Positions 38,861 to 48,763 of a stretch of 64,000 bases of DNA are shown here, piece after piece. The translations under genes were made by a program, and so were the position numbers. Every line of letters begins with the position of its first letter. Within the stretch, counting starts at the first letter, position 1. The notes under the pieces were generated by a model that worked only from the letters and a program-made list of their open reading frames with translations, was not told where the DNA came from and ran no database searches. The stretch is taken from contig CALJEJ010000006.1 of the NCBI GenBank assembly GCA_938074745.1, forward strand, positions 18,043 to 82,042, in the 5' to 3' direction. The DNA comes from an uncultured Endomicrobiia bacterium. Lineage in GTDB: Bacteria > Elusimicrobiota > Endomicrobiia > DTEH01.

Positions 38861-39808
38861 ATGTATATTTTAGGAATAGAAACTTCTTGTGATGAAACTT
38901 CTGCTGCAGTTATAGACCATAAATTTAATATTATATCTAATATTATCTTCTCCCAACAACGAATTCATAGCAAATATTTTGGTGTAGTACCAGAACTTGC
39001 CAGTAGGACACATTATGAAAAAATTCATTTTGTAATCTCACGTGCACTACAGAATTTTAATATAAAAAAAATAGATCTTATTGCTTATACGGAAACTCCT
39101 GGACTTAAAGGTGCATTGTTGATAGGTAAAACTGTTGCTCATACTCTTGGATATATTTATTCTATTCCCGTGATAGGTGTAGATCATTTGTGGGGTCATA
39201 TTCATTCTTTAATTGTTACACATAAAAATAAACTTCAATTTCCTTTTATTTCTTTGATAATTTCTGGTGGGCATACGGAATTGAGTATTGTATATTCTGC
39301 TGTGAAACGAAAAGTTTTAGGTGAGACCAGAGATGACGCTGTAGGTGAAGCGTTTGACAAAGTTGCAAAAATGTTGAACTTAAGTTATCCTGGTGGGCCA
39401 GTAATAGAAAAGTATGCTAAGAAAGGCAATCCAAAATTTGTCGAATTTAGTAGACCTTATATGGAAGGCACATGGGATTTTAGTTTTAGCGGGTTAAAAA
39501 CAGCAGTACTTTATTATCTGCAAAAAAACAAAAACATGCTTAATAAAAAAATAGTTTCACATATATGTGCTTCTTTTCAAGAATCTGTAGTAGACACATT
39601 GATGTATAAAGTTTTTCTTGCAGCAAAGAAATTTAAATGTTCTAACATTGGTATTTCAGGTGGTGTAGCTGCTAACGAATATTTAAGAGAAAAATTTTCA
39701 CTCAATGCCCATCAGCATAATATAAAAGTTTTTTTTCCTCAAAAAATTTTATCTACAGATAACGCTGTAATGATTGCTTGTGCTGGGTATTTTTTTAGCA
39801 AGAAATAA
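38861..39808 (+). CDS. tsaD: tRNA N6-adenosine threonylcarbamoyltransferase
   Basis: MYILGIETSCDETSAAVI N-terminus and His pair (DHLWGHIHS) of the Kae1/TsaD family. Confidence 0.9.
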   Translation: MYILGIETSCDETSAAVIDHKFNIISNIIFSQQRIHSKYFGVVPELASRTHYEKIHFVISRALQNFNIKKIDLIAYTETPGLKGALLIGKTVAHTLGYIYSIPVIGVDHLWGHIHSLIVTHKNKLQFPFISLIISGGHTELSIVYSAVKRKVLGETRDDAVGEAFDKVAKMLNLSYPGGPVIEKYAKKGNPKFVEFSRPYMEGTWDFSFSGLKTAVLYYLQKNKNMLNKKIVSHICASFQESVVDTLMYKVFLAAKKFKCSNIGISGGVAANEYLREKFSLNAHQHNIKVFFPQKILSTDNAVMIACAGYFFSKK

Positions 39809-39907
39809 AAATAATTTTAATTCTACACTTTCTCTTTTCTATAATTAAACCTCGTCTTAAAAAACATTTACTATAATTTCTTAAAAAAAAACATTTTTTC
39901 TCACCTA

Positions 39908-39960
39908 TTGACAAGCTGGTGTATAAAGTGGTATAAAGTAGCATAAAATACCATAAAAAG
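39908..39960 (+). promoter_or_regulatory. Putative mraZ promoter overlapping an array of four 10-bp-periodic direct repeats (candidate MraZ operator)
   Basis: TTGACA at 39908-39913, 18-bp spacer, then TATAAA at 39932-39937. Embedded decamers are GTATAAAGTG / GTATAAAGTA / GCATAAAATA / CCATAAAAAG at 39921-39960, ending 13 nt before the mraZ ATG. Confidence 0.4.
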
Positions 39961-39973
39961 GAATCTTCCAAAA

Positions 39974-40408
39974 ATGGCCTTGAAAGAACTTACAGGCCTG
40001 ACTTTTCACACTCTGGATTCAAAAAATCGTCTATTTATTCCAGCCAAATATCGTGGTAAACTTAAATATTATGTTCTTACTTCAGGGATAGATAATTGTA
40101 TTCATATTTATCCTATAGAAATTTGGAATAAAGTAGTGGAAAAAATTAATTCAATATCATTACCTAACAAGACACATCAACGAGCATTTATCACAACGTT
40201 TTTCGCTGATATAGAAGTTGTAAAAATTGACAATCAAGGACGGATTCTAATTCCACAAAAGTTTAAGGATAAGTATTCAATAAAATCAGAAGTTGTTCTT
40301 GTCGGTGCTAAAGATAAGTTACAGTTATGGGATGTTAAAGAGTGGGAAAAATTTAATAAACAGTTTATGAAAATATTTAACAAAATAAAAGCTAAACTGG
40401 ATATTTGA
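39974..40408 (+). CDS. mraZ: Transcriptional regulator MraZ
   Basis: Duplicated MraZ domain with DxxxR-type motifs (FHTLDSKNRLFIPAKYR; VKIDNQGRILIPQKFK). 144 aa. First gene of the dcw cluster. Confidence 0.85.
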   Translation: MALKELTGLTFHTLDSKNRLFIPAKYRGKLKYYVLTSGIDNCIHIYPIEIWNKVVEKINSISLPNKTHQRAFITTFFADIEVVKIDNQGRILIPQKFKDKYSIKSEVVLVGAKDKLQLWDVKEWEKFNKQFMKIFNKIKAKLDI

Positions 40409-40440
40409 TATAATTAAATTTGCTGCCAATTAATTCTTAT

Positions 40441-41313
40441 ATGCATATCCCAGTCCTTATAGATAAAATAATAGAGTATTTATGTCCTCAAGATGGAAAA
40501 ATCTATGTTGATGCGACAATAGGTTGTGGAGGATATGTAAAACAGATTATTTCAGTTGCACCGAATTGTAAGATTATAGGTTTAGATTGGGATAGTGAAG
40601 CTATAGAGTATAGTAAAAAATTTTTACATCAAGAAATTTTAGAAAATAAAGTTGTTGTAGTAAAGGGTAATTACATTGAAATAAAAAATGTAATTAATAA
40701 ATTGGGTTTGAAGACAGTTGATGGGGTAATTTTTGATTTTGGCATGTCAGCTTTACAATTAAAATCTTCTCGTGGGTTTAGTTTTTTAGATGAGAACTTT
40801 GATATGCGCATGGATGTAGAAGCTTCTAGTTTGACTGCTAAATATATAGTGAATAATTTTAGTAAAAAAGATTTAGAAAAAATATTTTTAGATTATGGAG
40901 AAGAGAGATATAGTTCAATGATAGCAAAGAAAATTGTAGAATATAGACAAAAAAAAGAAATAACTTCTGCTAAAGAATTTGCAGAGATAGTTAGCAGCGT
41001 TGTTGGGAAATATTATAAAAAAAGTAAGATTCATCCAGCAACACGAGTTTTTCAAGCATTAAGAATATTCATAAATAATGAACTGCAAAACATAAATATA
41101 GGAATTAACAATGCTATTGACATATTATCTTCCGGAGGCAGATGTTTAGCAGTTTCATACCATTCACTTGAAGATAGAATTGTGAAGAACATCTTTAGAA
41201 ATAGAAAAGATTGTAAAATAATTACCAAAAAACCTATCTGTCCAGATAAGTTAGAGATTGAAAAAAATTATTCTAGCCGTAGTGCAAAACTACGTGTCGT
41301 TGAAAAACTTTAA
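40441..41313 (+). CDS. rsmH: 16S rRNA (cytosine1402-N4)-methyltransferase
   Basis: HIPVLIDKIIEYL...YVDATIGCGGY N-terminus. ATG at 40441; the track starts at an upstream TTG. Confidence 0.9.
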   Translation: MHIPVLIDKIIEYLCPQDGKIYVDATIGCGGYVKQIISVAPNCKIIGLDWDSEAIEYSKKFLHQEILENKVVVVKGNYIEIKNVINKLGLKTVDGVIFDFGMSALQLKSSRGFSFLDENFDMRMDVEASSLTAKYIVNNFSKKDLEKIFLDYGEERYSSMIAKKIVEYRQKKEITSAKEFAEIVSSVVGKYYKKSKIHPATRVFQALRIFINNELQNINIGINNAIDILSSGGRCLAVSYHSLEDRIVKNIFRNRKDCKIITKKPICPDKLEIEKNYSSRSAKLRVVEKL

Positions 41314-41318
41314 AATAT

Positions 41319-41579
41319 ATGAGATATAAATATCTGCTGATAATTGTTATTTCTATATTAGTATTTTTTTATATAAACCAACAAGTGAAGATAGTGATGT
41401 TGCAATATAGAATAAAAGAGTTATATGACCAAATAGTGATACTTCAACAAGAAAATAAAAGGATATTATATGAAAAGATAGAAAAGGAATTAAAATCGTG
41501 TCAGAGATTAGAAAAATATGCTAAAGAATTAAAATTTGTCCCACCTAAAGAAAAAGATGTTATAATAGAATATTATTAG
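41319..41579 (+). CDS. ftsL: Cell division protein FtsL-like (single-pass membrane, coiled coil)
   Basis: 86 aa with an N-terminal TM helix followed by a coiled coil. Position between rsmH and ftsI. Confidence 0.6.
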   Translation: MRYKYLLIIVISILVFFYINQQVKIVMLQYRIKELYDQIVILQQENKRILYEKIEKELKSCQRLEKYAKELKFVPPKEKDVIIEYY

Positions 41580-41589
41580 TTTGTAGGCT

Positions 41590-43302
41590 ATGTATAAAAA
41601 GATATATACTAATATAAATGAAAAGAGGTTATTTGTAGTAAAAATACTTATGACATTTATTATTCCCGGGGTTATTATAATCCGCCTTTTTTTGATTCAT
41701 ATATGGAATTATGAAAATTTTCTTCCACTGATAGAAAGACAAATTATAACGAAGATAAACACAAGATTACCTAGAGGAGATATATTAGACCGCAATTATA
41801 GAATATTAGCCACAACTTTGGAATTTGAAGATGTATCAATAAATTTACAAGAATTTACAAAATGTGTTAAAAATCCACGAGATTATTTAAATTTGATATC
41901 CCAAACGTTAGATATACCATATAATGAATTGTTACGAAAACTTTCTAATGCTAGATATGTGAAATTAAAGAAAAAAGTGGATATTGCTAAAAGTTATAAA
42001 TTAAAAAAAATTCCGGGGTTAGACTTTGTACGGTATCATCACCGAGTTTATCCTCAAAAAGAACTTTGTAGTCATATAATTGGTGGAGTAGACAGTGCTG
42101 GAAATCCATATTCAGGTGTAGAACTGGAATATGATAAATATTTAAATAGTGTCAAACACAAACAGATTATTTTTTACCGTAATGGCAAAATTAGTCAAGT
42201 TTCGTTTAGGTTGGCTCAGTTAGATGATATCACAGATATAGATTCTAATATTAAAAATTGTTCATTAGTTCTTACTATAGATGTAAACTTGCAGTATAAA
42301 ATTAATAAAATATTAGAATCATACTACCTAAAATTCTCTCCAAAAAGGATAGTTTGTATAATTCAGGATCCTGAAAATGGCGAGATTATCGCTATGAATG
42401 TTTTTCCTCCGATAGACCCTCCGTTAACAAATCCTGCGATAAATATGATTTTTGAACCCGGGTCAATATTTAAAATATTTCCTTTAGCTATTTTTTTATC
42501 TGAAAATGTAGTAAAATCCGACAGTATAATTGATTGTGAAAACGGAGAATATCATTATGGTGGACATAAAATCAATGACGTACATCCACATAAGTATCTT
42601 ACTGTAAAAGACATAATTGTTTATTCTTCCAACATAGGTATGTCAAAACTTTATTTGATGTTTAACGATCCATTTAAATATTCTAAATGGTTAGAAATGT
42701 TTGGATTTGGTGCATACACTGGTATAGATCTTCCTGCAGAAGAAAAAGGAATTTTTGTTACTTATAAAAATTCTATTTGGTCAAAACTTCATCCTTTAGT
42801 GATGAGTTTTGGTCAAGGGATTGCCGTTACACCTATACAAATAGTAAATGGTTATACTATGATTGCTAATGGAGGTAAATTGTTACAACCATATGTTGTA
42901 AAGTATATAATAGATGGTAATAACAAAATAGTTTATTGTGGAACTCCGCGGATAATTCGTGAACCATTATCAAAAGAAATAGTAAACACAATTAAAGATA
43001 TTTTAGAAGAAACAGTATTAAGAGGTACGGCAAAAGCTACAAAGATAGATGGAATAAAAATTTGTGCAAAGACTGGAACTGCACAAAAGTTTGATAATGA
43101 GCAAAAGAGATATTCACGAAGTAAGTATGTAATGAGTTGTTGTGGCTTTTTCCCTAAAGAAAACCCTAAGTATGTAATAGGTGTATTCGTAGATGAACCT
43201 AAAGGAGTAACTCAATCTTCAGAAATTGCAGTACCTATATTTAGAGATATTGTTTTAGAACTTTTAAGTTTAGCTGAAGTTAAATATGCAAAAGCAAATT
43301 AA
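41590..43302 (+). CDS. ftsI: Peptidoglycan D,D-transpeptidase FtsI (PBP3-class penicillin-binding protein)
   Basis: SxxK (EPGSIFKIF), SxN (YSSNIGMSK) and KTG (AKTGTAQK) motifs. N-terminal TM anchor. Confidence 0.85.
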   Translation: MYKKIYTNINEKRLFVVKILMTFIIPGVIIIRLFLIHIWNYENFLPLIERQIITKINTRLPRGDILDRNYRILATTLEFEDVSINLQEFTKCVKNPRDYLNLISQTLDIPYNELLRKLSNARYVKLKKKVDIAKSYKLKKIPGLDFVRYHHRVYPQKELCSHIIGGVDSAGNPYSGVELEYDKYLNSVKHKQIIFYRNGKISQVSFRLAQLDDITDIDSNIKNCSLVLTIDVNLQYKINKILESYYLKFSPKRIVCIIQDPENGEIIAMNVFPPIDPPLTNPAINMIFEPGSIFKIFPLAIFLSENVVKSDSIIDCENGEYHYGGHKINDVHPHKYLTVKDIIVYSSNIGMSKLYLMFNDPFKYSKWLEMFGFGAYTGIDLPAEEKGIFVTYKNSIWSKLHPLVMSFGQGIAVTPIQIVNGYTMIANGGKLLQPYVVKYIIDGNNKIVYCGTPRIIREPLSKEIVNTIKDILEETVLRGTAKATKIDGIKICAKTGTAQKFDNEQKRYSRSKYVMSCCGFFPKENPKYVIGVFVDEPKGVTQSSEIAVPIFRDIVLELLSLAEVKYAKAN

Positions 43303-44839
43303 AAGTATATTATCAGGAATAAATATTAAGAAAATTTTTAATGAACAAAATATAAATATGGTTGTTAGTGGAATAAAATATAATTCTAAACAAATATTGC
43401 CTGGGGATATTTTTGTTTGTTTACAAGGCCAGCATACTCACGGAGCTAGATTTATTACTGAAGCTGTTCAACGAGGAGCAAAGTGTATTGTTTTAGATAA
43501 CGAAAGTTTTATTTCAGATGATATTATTGTTAAAAAAGATTTGCTTATAGTGATTGTAGAAAATGCATCATTAGCATTAGCTAGATTAGCAACTAACTTT
43601 TATGATAATCCATCCTCAAAAATGTTGTTAATAGGTATTACAGGAACAAATGGAAAAACAACTTTAAGTTATATTTTAGAATCAATATTTAGCAAATCAG
43701 GATATAATCCTGGTATAATTGGGACTATAAATTATAGATACAATGGGAAAATTTTTCCGTCGGAGAACACCACCCCATTTTCGTCAGAGTTACAACAAAT
43801 ATTGTATAACATGTATAAGGAAAAAGTGAATGTTGTAATTATGGAAGTTTCTTCACATGCATTAGCCCAAGGTAGAGTAGAAGGATGTGAATATGATGTT
43901 GCTGTATTTACGAACTTAAGTAATGAACATCTAGATTTTCATCAAACAATGGAAAACTATTTTGAATCTAAAAGTTTATTATTTAAAAAAATGACAAACA
44001 ATAAAAAAGAGATATTTAGGAACACTTTAATAGGTACTAAAACTTGTGTGATAAATGTAGACGACGAATGGGGTCGCAGGTTAATAAATGTTTGTGGTAT
44101 TTCTAATGTATTGACTTATGGAAAAAATTCTCGTAATGGTTTTGTTGCACAGTTTAAATGGAAAAATATGAAGACAGATTTAGAACAGACACAGTTTGAT
44201 ATAGTTTTTAATAAAAAAGAGTTAAAAATAGTTTCTCCGTTTATTGGAGAATATAATGTTTACAACGTGTTAGCTTCTTTCGTTGTTGCGTATTCACAGG
44301 GAATAGATGTTGATGTTATAGTTGATGGTATACGGAATGCACAGTTAGTACCTGGCCGGCTTGAGAAATTGAATTTTCCTGAAGGGTTCAGCGTAATAAT
44401 AGATTATGCTCATACTCCAGACGCATTAAAAAAAGTGATAGAAGTGTTAAAACAGCTTCCTCACAAAAGGTTAATAGTAGTATTTGGTTGTGGTGGGGAT
44501 AGAGATAGAAGTAAACGGCCAGTAATGGGTAGTATTGCAGTAGAACTTGCAGATTATGTGATTTTAACTTCAGACAATCCGCGTACTGAAGATCCACAGA
44601 AAATTATTTTAGATATAGAAATTGGCATAAAAAAAACTGGAAGAACAAATTATGAAGTAATAATAGACAGAAAAGATGCAATATTTCGTGCGATAAAATT
44701 AGCCGAACCTAAAGATATAATTTTATTAGCAGGTAAAGGACATGAAAATTACCAGATATTGGGAACCCAAAAAGTACATTTTGACGAACGTGAGATTGTT
44801 CAACAAGCAATAGAACTTAAACGACAAGGTAAAATTTGA
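43286..44839 (+). CDS. murE: UDP-N-acetylmuramoyl-L-alanyl-D-glutamate--2,6-diaminopimelate ligase
   Basis: P-loop GITGTNGKTT and the DNPR motif (TSDNPRTEDP) that specifies meso-DAP. Confidence 0.85.
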   Translation: MQKQIKSILSGINIKKIFNEQNINMVVSGIKYNSKQILPGDIFVCLQGQHTHGARFITEAVQRGAKCIVLDNESFISDDIIVKKDLLIVIVENASLALARLATNFYDNPSSKMLLIGITGTNGKTTLSYILESIFSKSGYNPGIIGTINYRYNGKIFPSENTTPFSSELQQILYNMYKEKVNVVIMEVSSHALAQGRVEGCEYDVAVFTNLSNEHLDFHQTMENYFESKSLLFKKMTNNKKEIFRNTLIGTKTCVINVDDEWGRRLINVCGISNVLTYGKNSRNGFVAQFKWKNMKTDLEQTQFDIVFNKKELKIVSPFIGEYNVYNVLASFVVAYSQGIDVDVIVDGIRNAQLVPGRLEKLNFPEGFSVIIDYAHTPDALKKVIEVLKQLPHKRLIVVFGCGGDRDRSKRPVMGSIAVELADYVILTSDNPRTEDPQKIILDIEIGIKKTGRTNYEVIIDRKDAIFRAIKLAEPKDIILLAGKGHENYQILGTQKVHFDEREIVQQAIELKRQGKI

Positions 44840-44851
44840 TAACAATAACTG

Positions 44852-46285
44852 ATGAATTTTGAATTAGATATAAAAATTCCTTTAAGTCTCTTTTTAGAAA
44901 AATTAAAACCTATTAATTTTATAAAAAATCATAAAGAATATAAAATAAAGAATGTTATTACTGACACCAGAAAATATAATCAAAAAGGAGGGATTTTTTT
45001 TGCATTAAAAGGTAAAAATTTTGATGGTCATAAGTTTTGTAACGATATAATTAAAACAATAGATTATGTAGTTATATCAGATGCATCTTGTATAATAGAA
45101 AAGTATAAAGAGAAATATATTGTTGTAAAAGATACTATTTTGGCATTAGATATTTTAGCAAACCTTTATCGTTTATCTTTCCCTGAGTTAAAGGTTATTT
45201 GTGTAGTAGGTTCTAATGGGAAAACTACAACTAAAGAAATTATCAAAACAATTTTTTCAAAAAAGTATAATATTGTTGCTACAAAGGAAAATTTTAATAA
45301 TTTAATTGGTGTAGCATATACATTATTTTCTTTAAAGAAAGACACAGAATATTGTATTACAGAATTAGGGATTTCTTTACCGGGTGAAATGGAAATTTTA
45401 GGAAAGACAGTTGTACCAGATGTTGTGGTAATAACTAATATAGCTAAAGAACATCTTGAATATTTTTGTAATTTAGATACAGTATTTGTAGAAGAGACAA
45501 AGATACTTAATTATCTTCGTCCATTTGGTGTTGTTGTTCTTAATAAAGATGATTTATATCTTCGCAATATCCGTAACGGTAAATATAATATCAAATGGTA
45601 TAGTATCAAAACTAAAGATGCAGATGTGTATGCTCAAAATATTGTATATACTGCTAAATCTACAGATATAAAAGTTGTGCTTAAAAACTATCTTGGGATA
45701 AAGTTAGTATTTGATGTTACTGCTAATATTTTAGGTGAATACAATGTTTATAACATTCTTTCAGCTATTACAGCAGCATTTTTTTCTGGTTTTGATGATA
45801 TACAATTGATTGTAGATGCAATAAAAAATTTTTCAGCAGTAGAAATGCGTGGTAGTAAGGTTGTTGTGAAAGATAATATAATATTGGATGAAACTTATAA
45901 TGCTAATCCAGACTCTATGAAATATACAATACAAGAGTTTATGAAAATATTTTATGATAGAAAAAAAGTTTTAGTTCTTGGAGATATGTTAGAATTAGGA
46001 GAAAGTAGTGTGATAGAACATAAAAATATAATAAATTATTTTAACATAAAAGATGTGTATTTAATTTATCTTTATGGACCACAGATGAAATATTTATATG
46101 ATACTCTTATAGCTATAGATAAACAAAAAGTTAAATATTTTGATGACATAGAGTTATTAAAAAAAGATCTGTTAGAACTTATCTCTGTTGAGAATAAAGT
46201 TGCTGTTTTAGTAAAAGGTTCCAGAGGTATGGAGTTAGATAAAGTAGTAAATTTTTTATCTTCTTTTAAAGAGGGTGTAAAATGA
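44852..46285 (+). CDS. murF: UDP-N-acetylmuramoyl-tripeptide--D-alanyl-D-alanine ligase
   Basis: Mur ligase P-loop VVGSNGKTTTKEI. Position after murE. Confidence 0.8.
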   Translation: MNFELDIKIPLSLFLEKLKPINFIKNHKEYKIKNVITDTRKYNQKGGIFFALKGKNFDGHKFCNDIIKTIDYVVISDASCIIEKYKEKYIVVKDTILALDILANLYRLSFPELKVICVVGSNGKTTTKEIIKTIFSKKYNIVATKENFNNLIGVAYTLFSLKKDTEYCITELGISLPGEMEILGKTVVPDVVVITNIAKEHLEYFCNLDTVFVEETKILNYLRPFGVVVLNKDDLYLRNIRNGKYNIKWYSIKTKDADVYAQNIVYTAKSTDIKVVLKNYLGIKLVFDVTANILGEYNVYNILSAITAAFFSGFDDIQLIVDAIKNFSAVEMRGSKVVVKDNIILDETYNANPDSMKYTIQEFMKIFYDRKKVLVLGDMLELGESSVIEHKNIINYFNIKDVYLIYLYGPQMKYLYDTLIAIDKQKVKYFDDIELLKKDLLELISVENKVAVLVKGSRGMELDKVVNFLSSFKEGVK

Positions 46286-47364
46286 TTTATTTTTTTCTGC
46301 CTAACTTACTCTCAATATATTCTGGTTTTAATGTACTTAGGTATATTACGGTACGGTCAGTATTAGGATTTTTTACATCATTTATAACATGTATAATTAT
46401 TGCTCCTATATTTATTAAATATGTAAAAGAAAAACAGTTTTTACAGACAATTCGTCAGGATGGTCCTAAGACACATTTAGTTAAACAAAACACACCCACT
46501 ATGGGTGGAGTGATAATTTTAATCTCAATAATAATTTCTGCATTGATTTGGTGTTATTTAAACAGATTTGTTTTATGGGTATTATTTGCTGTATTGTATT
46601 TAGGTATATTAGGTTTTATTGACGATTATTTAAAAGTGATAAAGAAACAATCTCGTGGGTTACTACCTAAATATAAACTGTTTTTTCAGTTCTTATTTGC
46701 TTTTGCAGTGGTGATATATTTATATTTTTATCCGAGTAATTCAATATATAAAATGAATCTTCATATTCCGTATTTGAAAGAGACATATATTTATCTTGGG
46801 TGGTTATATTTTATTATTATTATTTTAACATTTATAGGTTCATCTAACGCTGTGAACCTTACTGACGGGTTAGATGGTCTTGCAATTGGTAATCTTATAT
46901 TTGTGAGTATTACATACGCAATTTTGAGTTATGTTGCAGGAAATGTTAAACTTGCAAATTATTTAAAATTGATATATGTTGCTGGTAGTGGTGAGTTGAC
47001 TGTTTTTCTTTCTGGCATGTGTGGTGCTGGGTTGGGTTTTTTATGGTATAACAGCTATCCTGCAACGATTTTTATGGGTGATACAGGTTCGTTATTTTTA
47101 GGTGGTGCAATAGGTCTTGTTGCAATTTTTATAAAACAGGAGTTGTTGTTAATAATTTCGTGTGGTGTTTTTGTTGCTGAGGCGTTATCTGTGATATTAC
47201 AAGTGGGGTATTATAAAAGGACAAAGAGACGAATATTTCTTATGGCACCATTACATCATCATTATGAATTAAAAGGTTATCCAGAACCTAAAATTACAGT
47301 AAGGTTTTGGATTGTATCAATCCTGTTGTCAATTCTTACTTTATCTTCATTGAAAATCAGATGA
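46282..47364 (+). CDS. mraY: Phospho-N-acetylmuramoyl-pentapeptide-transferase
   Basis: 10-TM protein with NAVNLTDGLDGLA and the HHH motif (MAPLHHHYELKG). Confidence 0.9.
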   Translation: MIYFFLPNLLSIYSGFNVLRYITVRSVLGFFTSFITCIIIAPIFIKYVKEKQFLQTIRQDGPKTHLVKQNTPTMGGVIILISIIISALIWCYLNRFVLWVLFAVLYLGILGFIDDYLKVIKKQSRGLLPKYKLFFQFLFAFAVVIYLYFYPSNSIYKMNLHIPYLKETYIYLGWLYFIIIILTFIGSSNAVNLTDGLDGLAIGNLIFVSITYAILSYVAGNVKLANYLKLIYVAGSGELTVFLSGMCGAGLGFLWYNSYPATIFMGDTGSLFLGGAIGLVAIFIKQELLLIISCGVFVAEALSVILQVGYYKRTKRRIFLMAPLHHHYELKGYPEPKITVRFWIVSILLSILTLSSLKIR

Positions 47365-47368
47365 GAAA

Positions 47369-48763
47369 ATGGATTCTTATAGAATATCTGAATTGTTAAA
47401 AGACAAGGTTGTAGGTTTAGTTGGTTTAGGTAAAAGTAATTTAAGTTTGGCAAATTATTTGTTAAATTACACTACCAAAATTTTTGTAACAGAAATTTTG
47501 CCAGAAGATAAAGTTAAGCAACAAATATCTCTTCTTGATAAGAGGATAAAATATGAATGTGGTGGACATTCTGATAAAATTTTATTATCAGATATAGTGA
47601 TAAAATCACCTGGTATTCCACAACACCATCCATTAATTCAAAAAATATCTTCAAAAAAAATACCTATATTAACAGAACTAGAAGTATCTTATAGGATAAT
47701 TGTTGATAAATTGTCCTGTAGACCTCAAATTATAGCAGTGACAGGAACTAATGGGAAAACCACTACTACAACTTTGATAGGGGAAATTTTTTTATCCTAC
47801 AAAAAAAACAATAATGTAATTGTTGCTGGTAATATAGGTACACCATTAATAGATTTTGTAGATAAAATTAAAAATGACACAATAATTGTTTTAGAAGTTT
47901 CTAGTTATCAGTTAGAAAATATAGAACAATTTTCGCCTCGGGTTGCTTGCCTGTTAAATATTGCAGAAGACCATCTTGATCACCACATTACTATGCAGGA
48001 TTATATCAATGCTAAAACGAAAATTTTTATAAACCAACAAGAGTCAGATTTTGCAATATTAAACTATGATGACCAATATATACGTAATATAAATTTAAAT
48101 AAATTTTGTGCTCAACAGATATATTTTAGTACTACGACAAAATTAAAGAAAGGGTGTTATTGGGATAAAGAAAATAGAAAAATAGTTTTTAGCAACGATG
48201 AATTCGGAGAAATAGTATTACAACCACAAATAAAACTTCCAGGAATTCATAATATAGAAAATATTTTAACAGCAGTATGTTGTTCGATATTATTAAATGT
48301 TCCGAAAGAAATTGTTGAACAAACAATATCTAACTTTACAGGTGTAGAACATAGATTAGAGTTTGTTAGAGAAATTGATGGAATAAAGTTTATTAACGAT
48401 TCAAAATCTACTAATGTAAACTCTACTTTAGTAGCATTAAAAAGTTTTAACGAACCAATTTGTCTTATTCTTGGTGGTCGAGATAAAGGTGCACCTTATA
48501 CACCTCTTATTCCATTAATAACTCAAAAAGTAAAATTGTTATTATTAATTGGGGAAGCAACTGATATAATTTATTCCCAACTAAAAAATTGTGGTGTAGA
48601 AATTGTCAAATGTGGTGATATGTTTACTGCAGTTACTACAGCATTGCGGAAAGCGAAAAGAGGTGATATTGTATTATTATCTCCTGCCTGTAGTTCTTTT
48701 GACCAGTATAGAAATTTTGAACATCGAGGAACAGAATTTAAAAAAATTGTTAACAATTTATGA
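47369..48763 (+). CDS. murD: UDP-N-acetylmuramoylalanine--D-glutamate ligase
   Basis: P-loop IAVTGTNGKTTTTTL. Position after mraY. Confidence 0.85.
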   Translation: MDSYRISELLKDKVVGLVGLGKSNLSLANYLLNYTTKIFVTEILPEDKVKQQISLLDKRIKYECGGHSDKILLSDIVIKSPGIPQHHPLIQKISSKKIPILTELEVSYRIIVDKLSCRPQIIAVTGTNGKTTTTTLIGEIFLSYKKNNNVIVAGNIGTPLIDFVDKIKNDTIIVLEVSSYQLENIEQFSPRVACLLNIAEDHLDHHITMQDYINAKTKIFINQQESDFAILNYDDQYIRNINLNKFCAQQIYFSTTTKLKKGCYWDKENRKIVFSNDEFGEIVLQPQIKLPGIHNIENILTAVCCSILLNVPKEIVEQTISNFTGVEHRLEFVREIDGIKFINDSKSTNVNSTLVALKSFNEPICLILGGRDKGAPYTPLIPLITQKVKLLLLIGEATDIIYSQLKNCGVEIVKCGDMFTAVTTALRKAKRGDIVLLSPACSSFDQYRNFEHRGTEFKKIVNNL

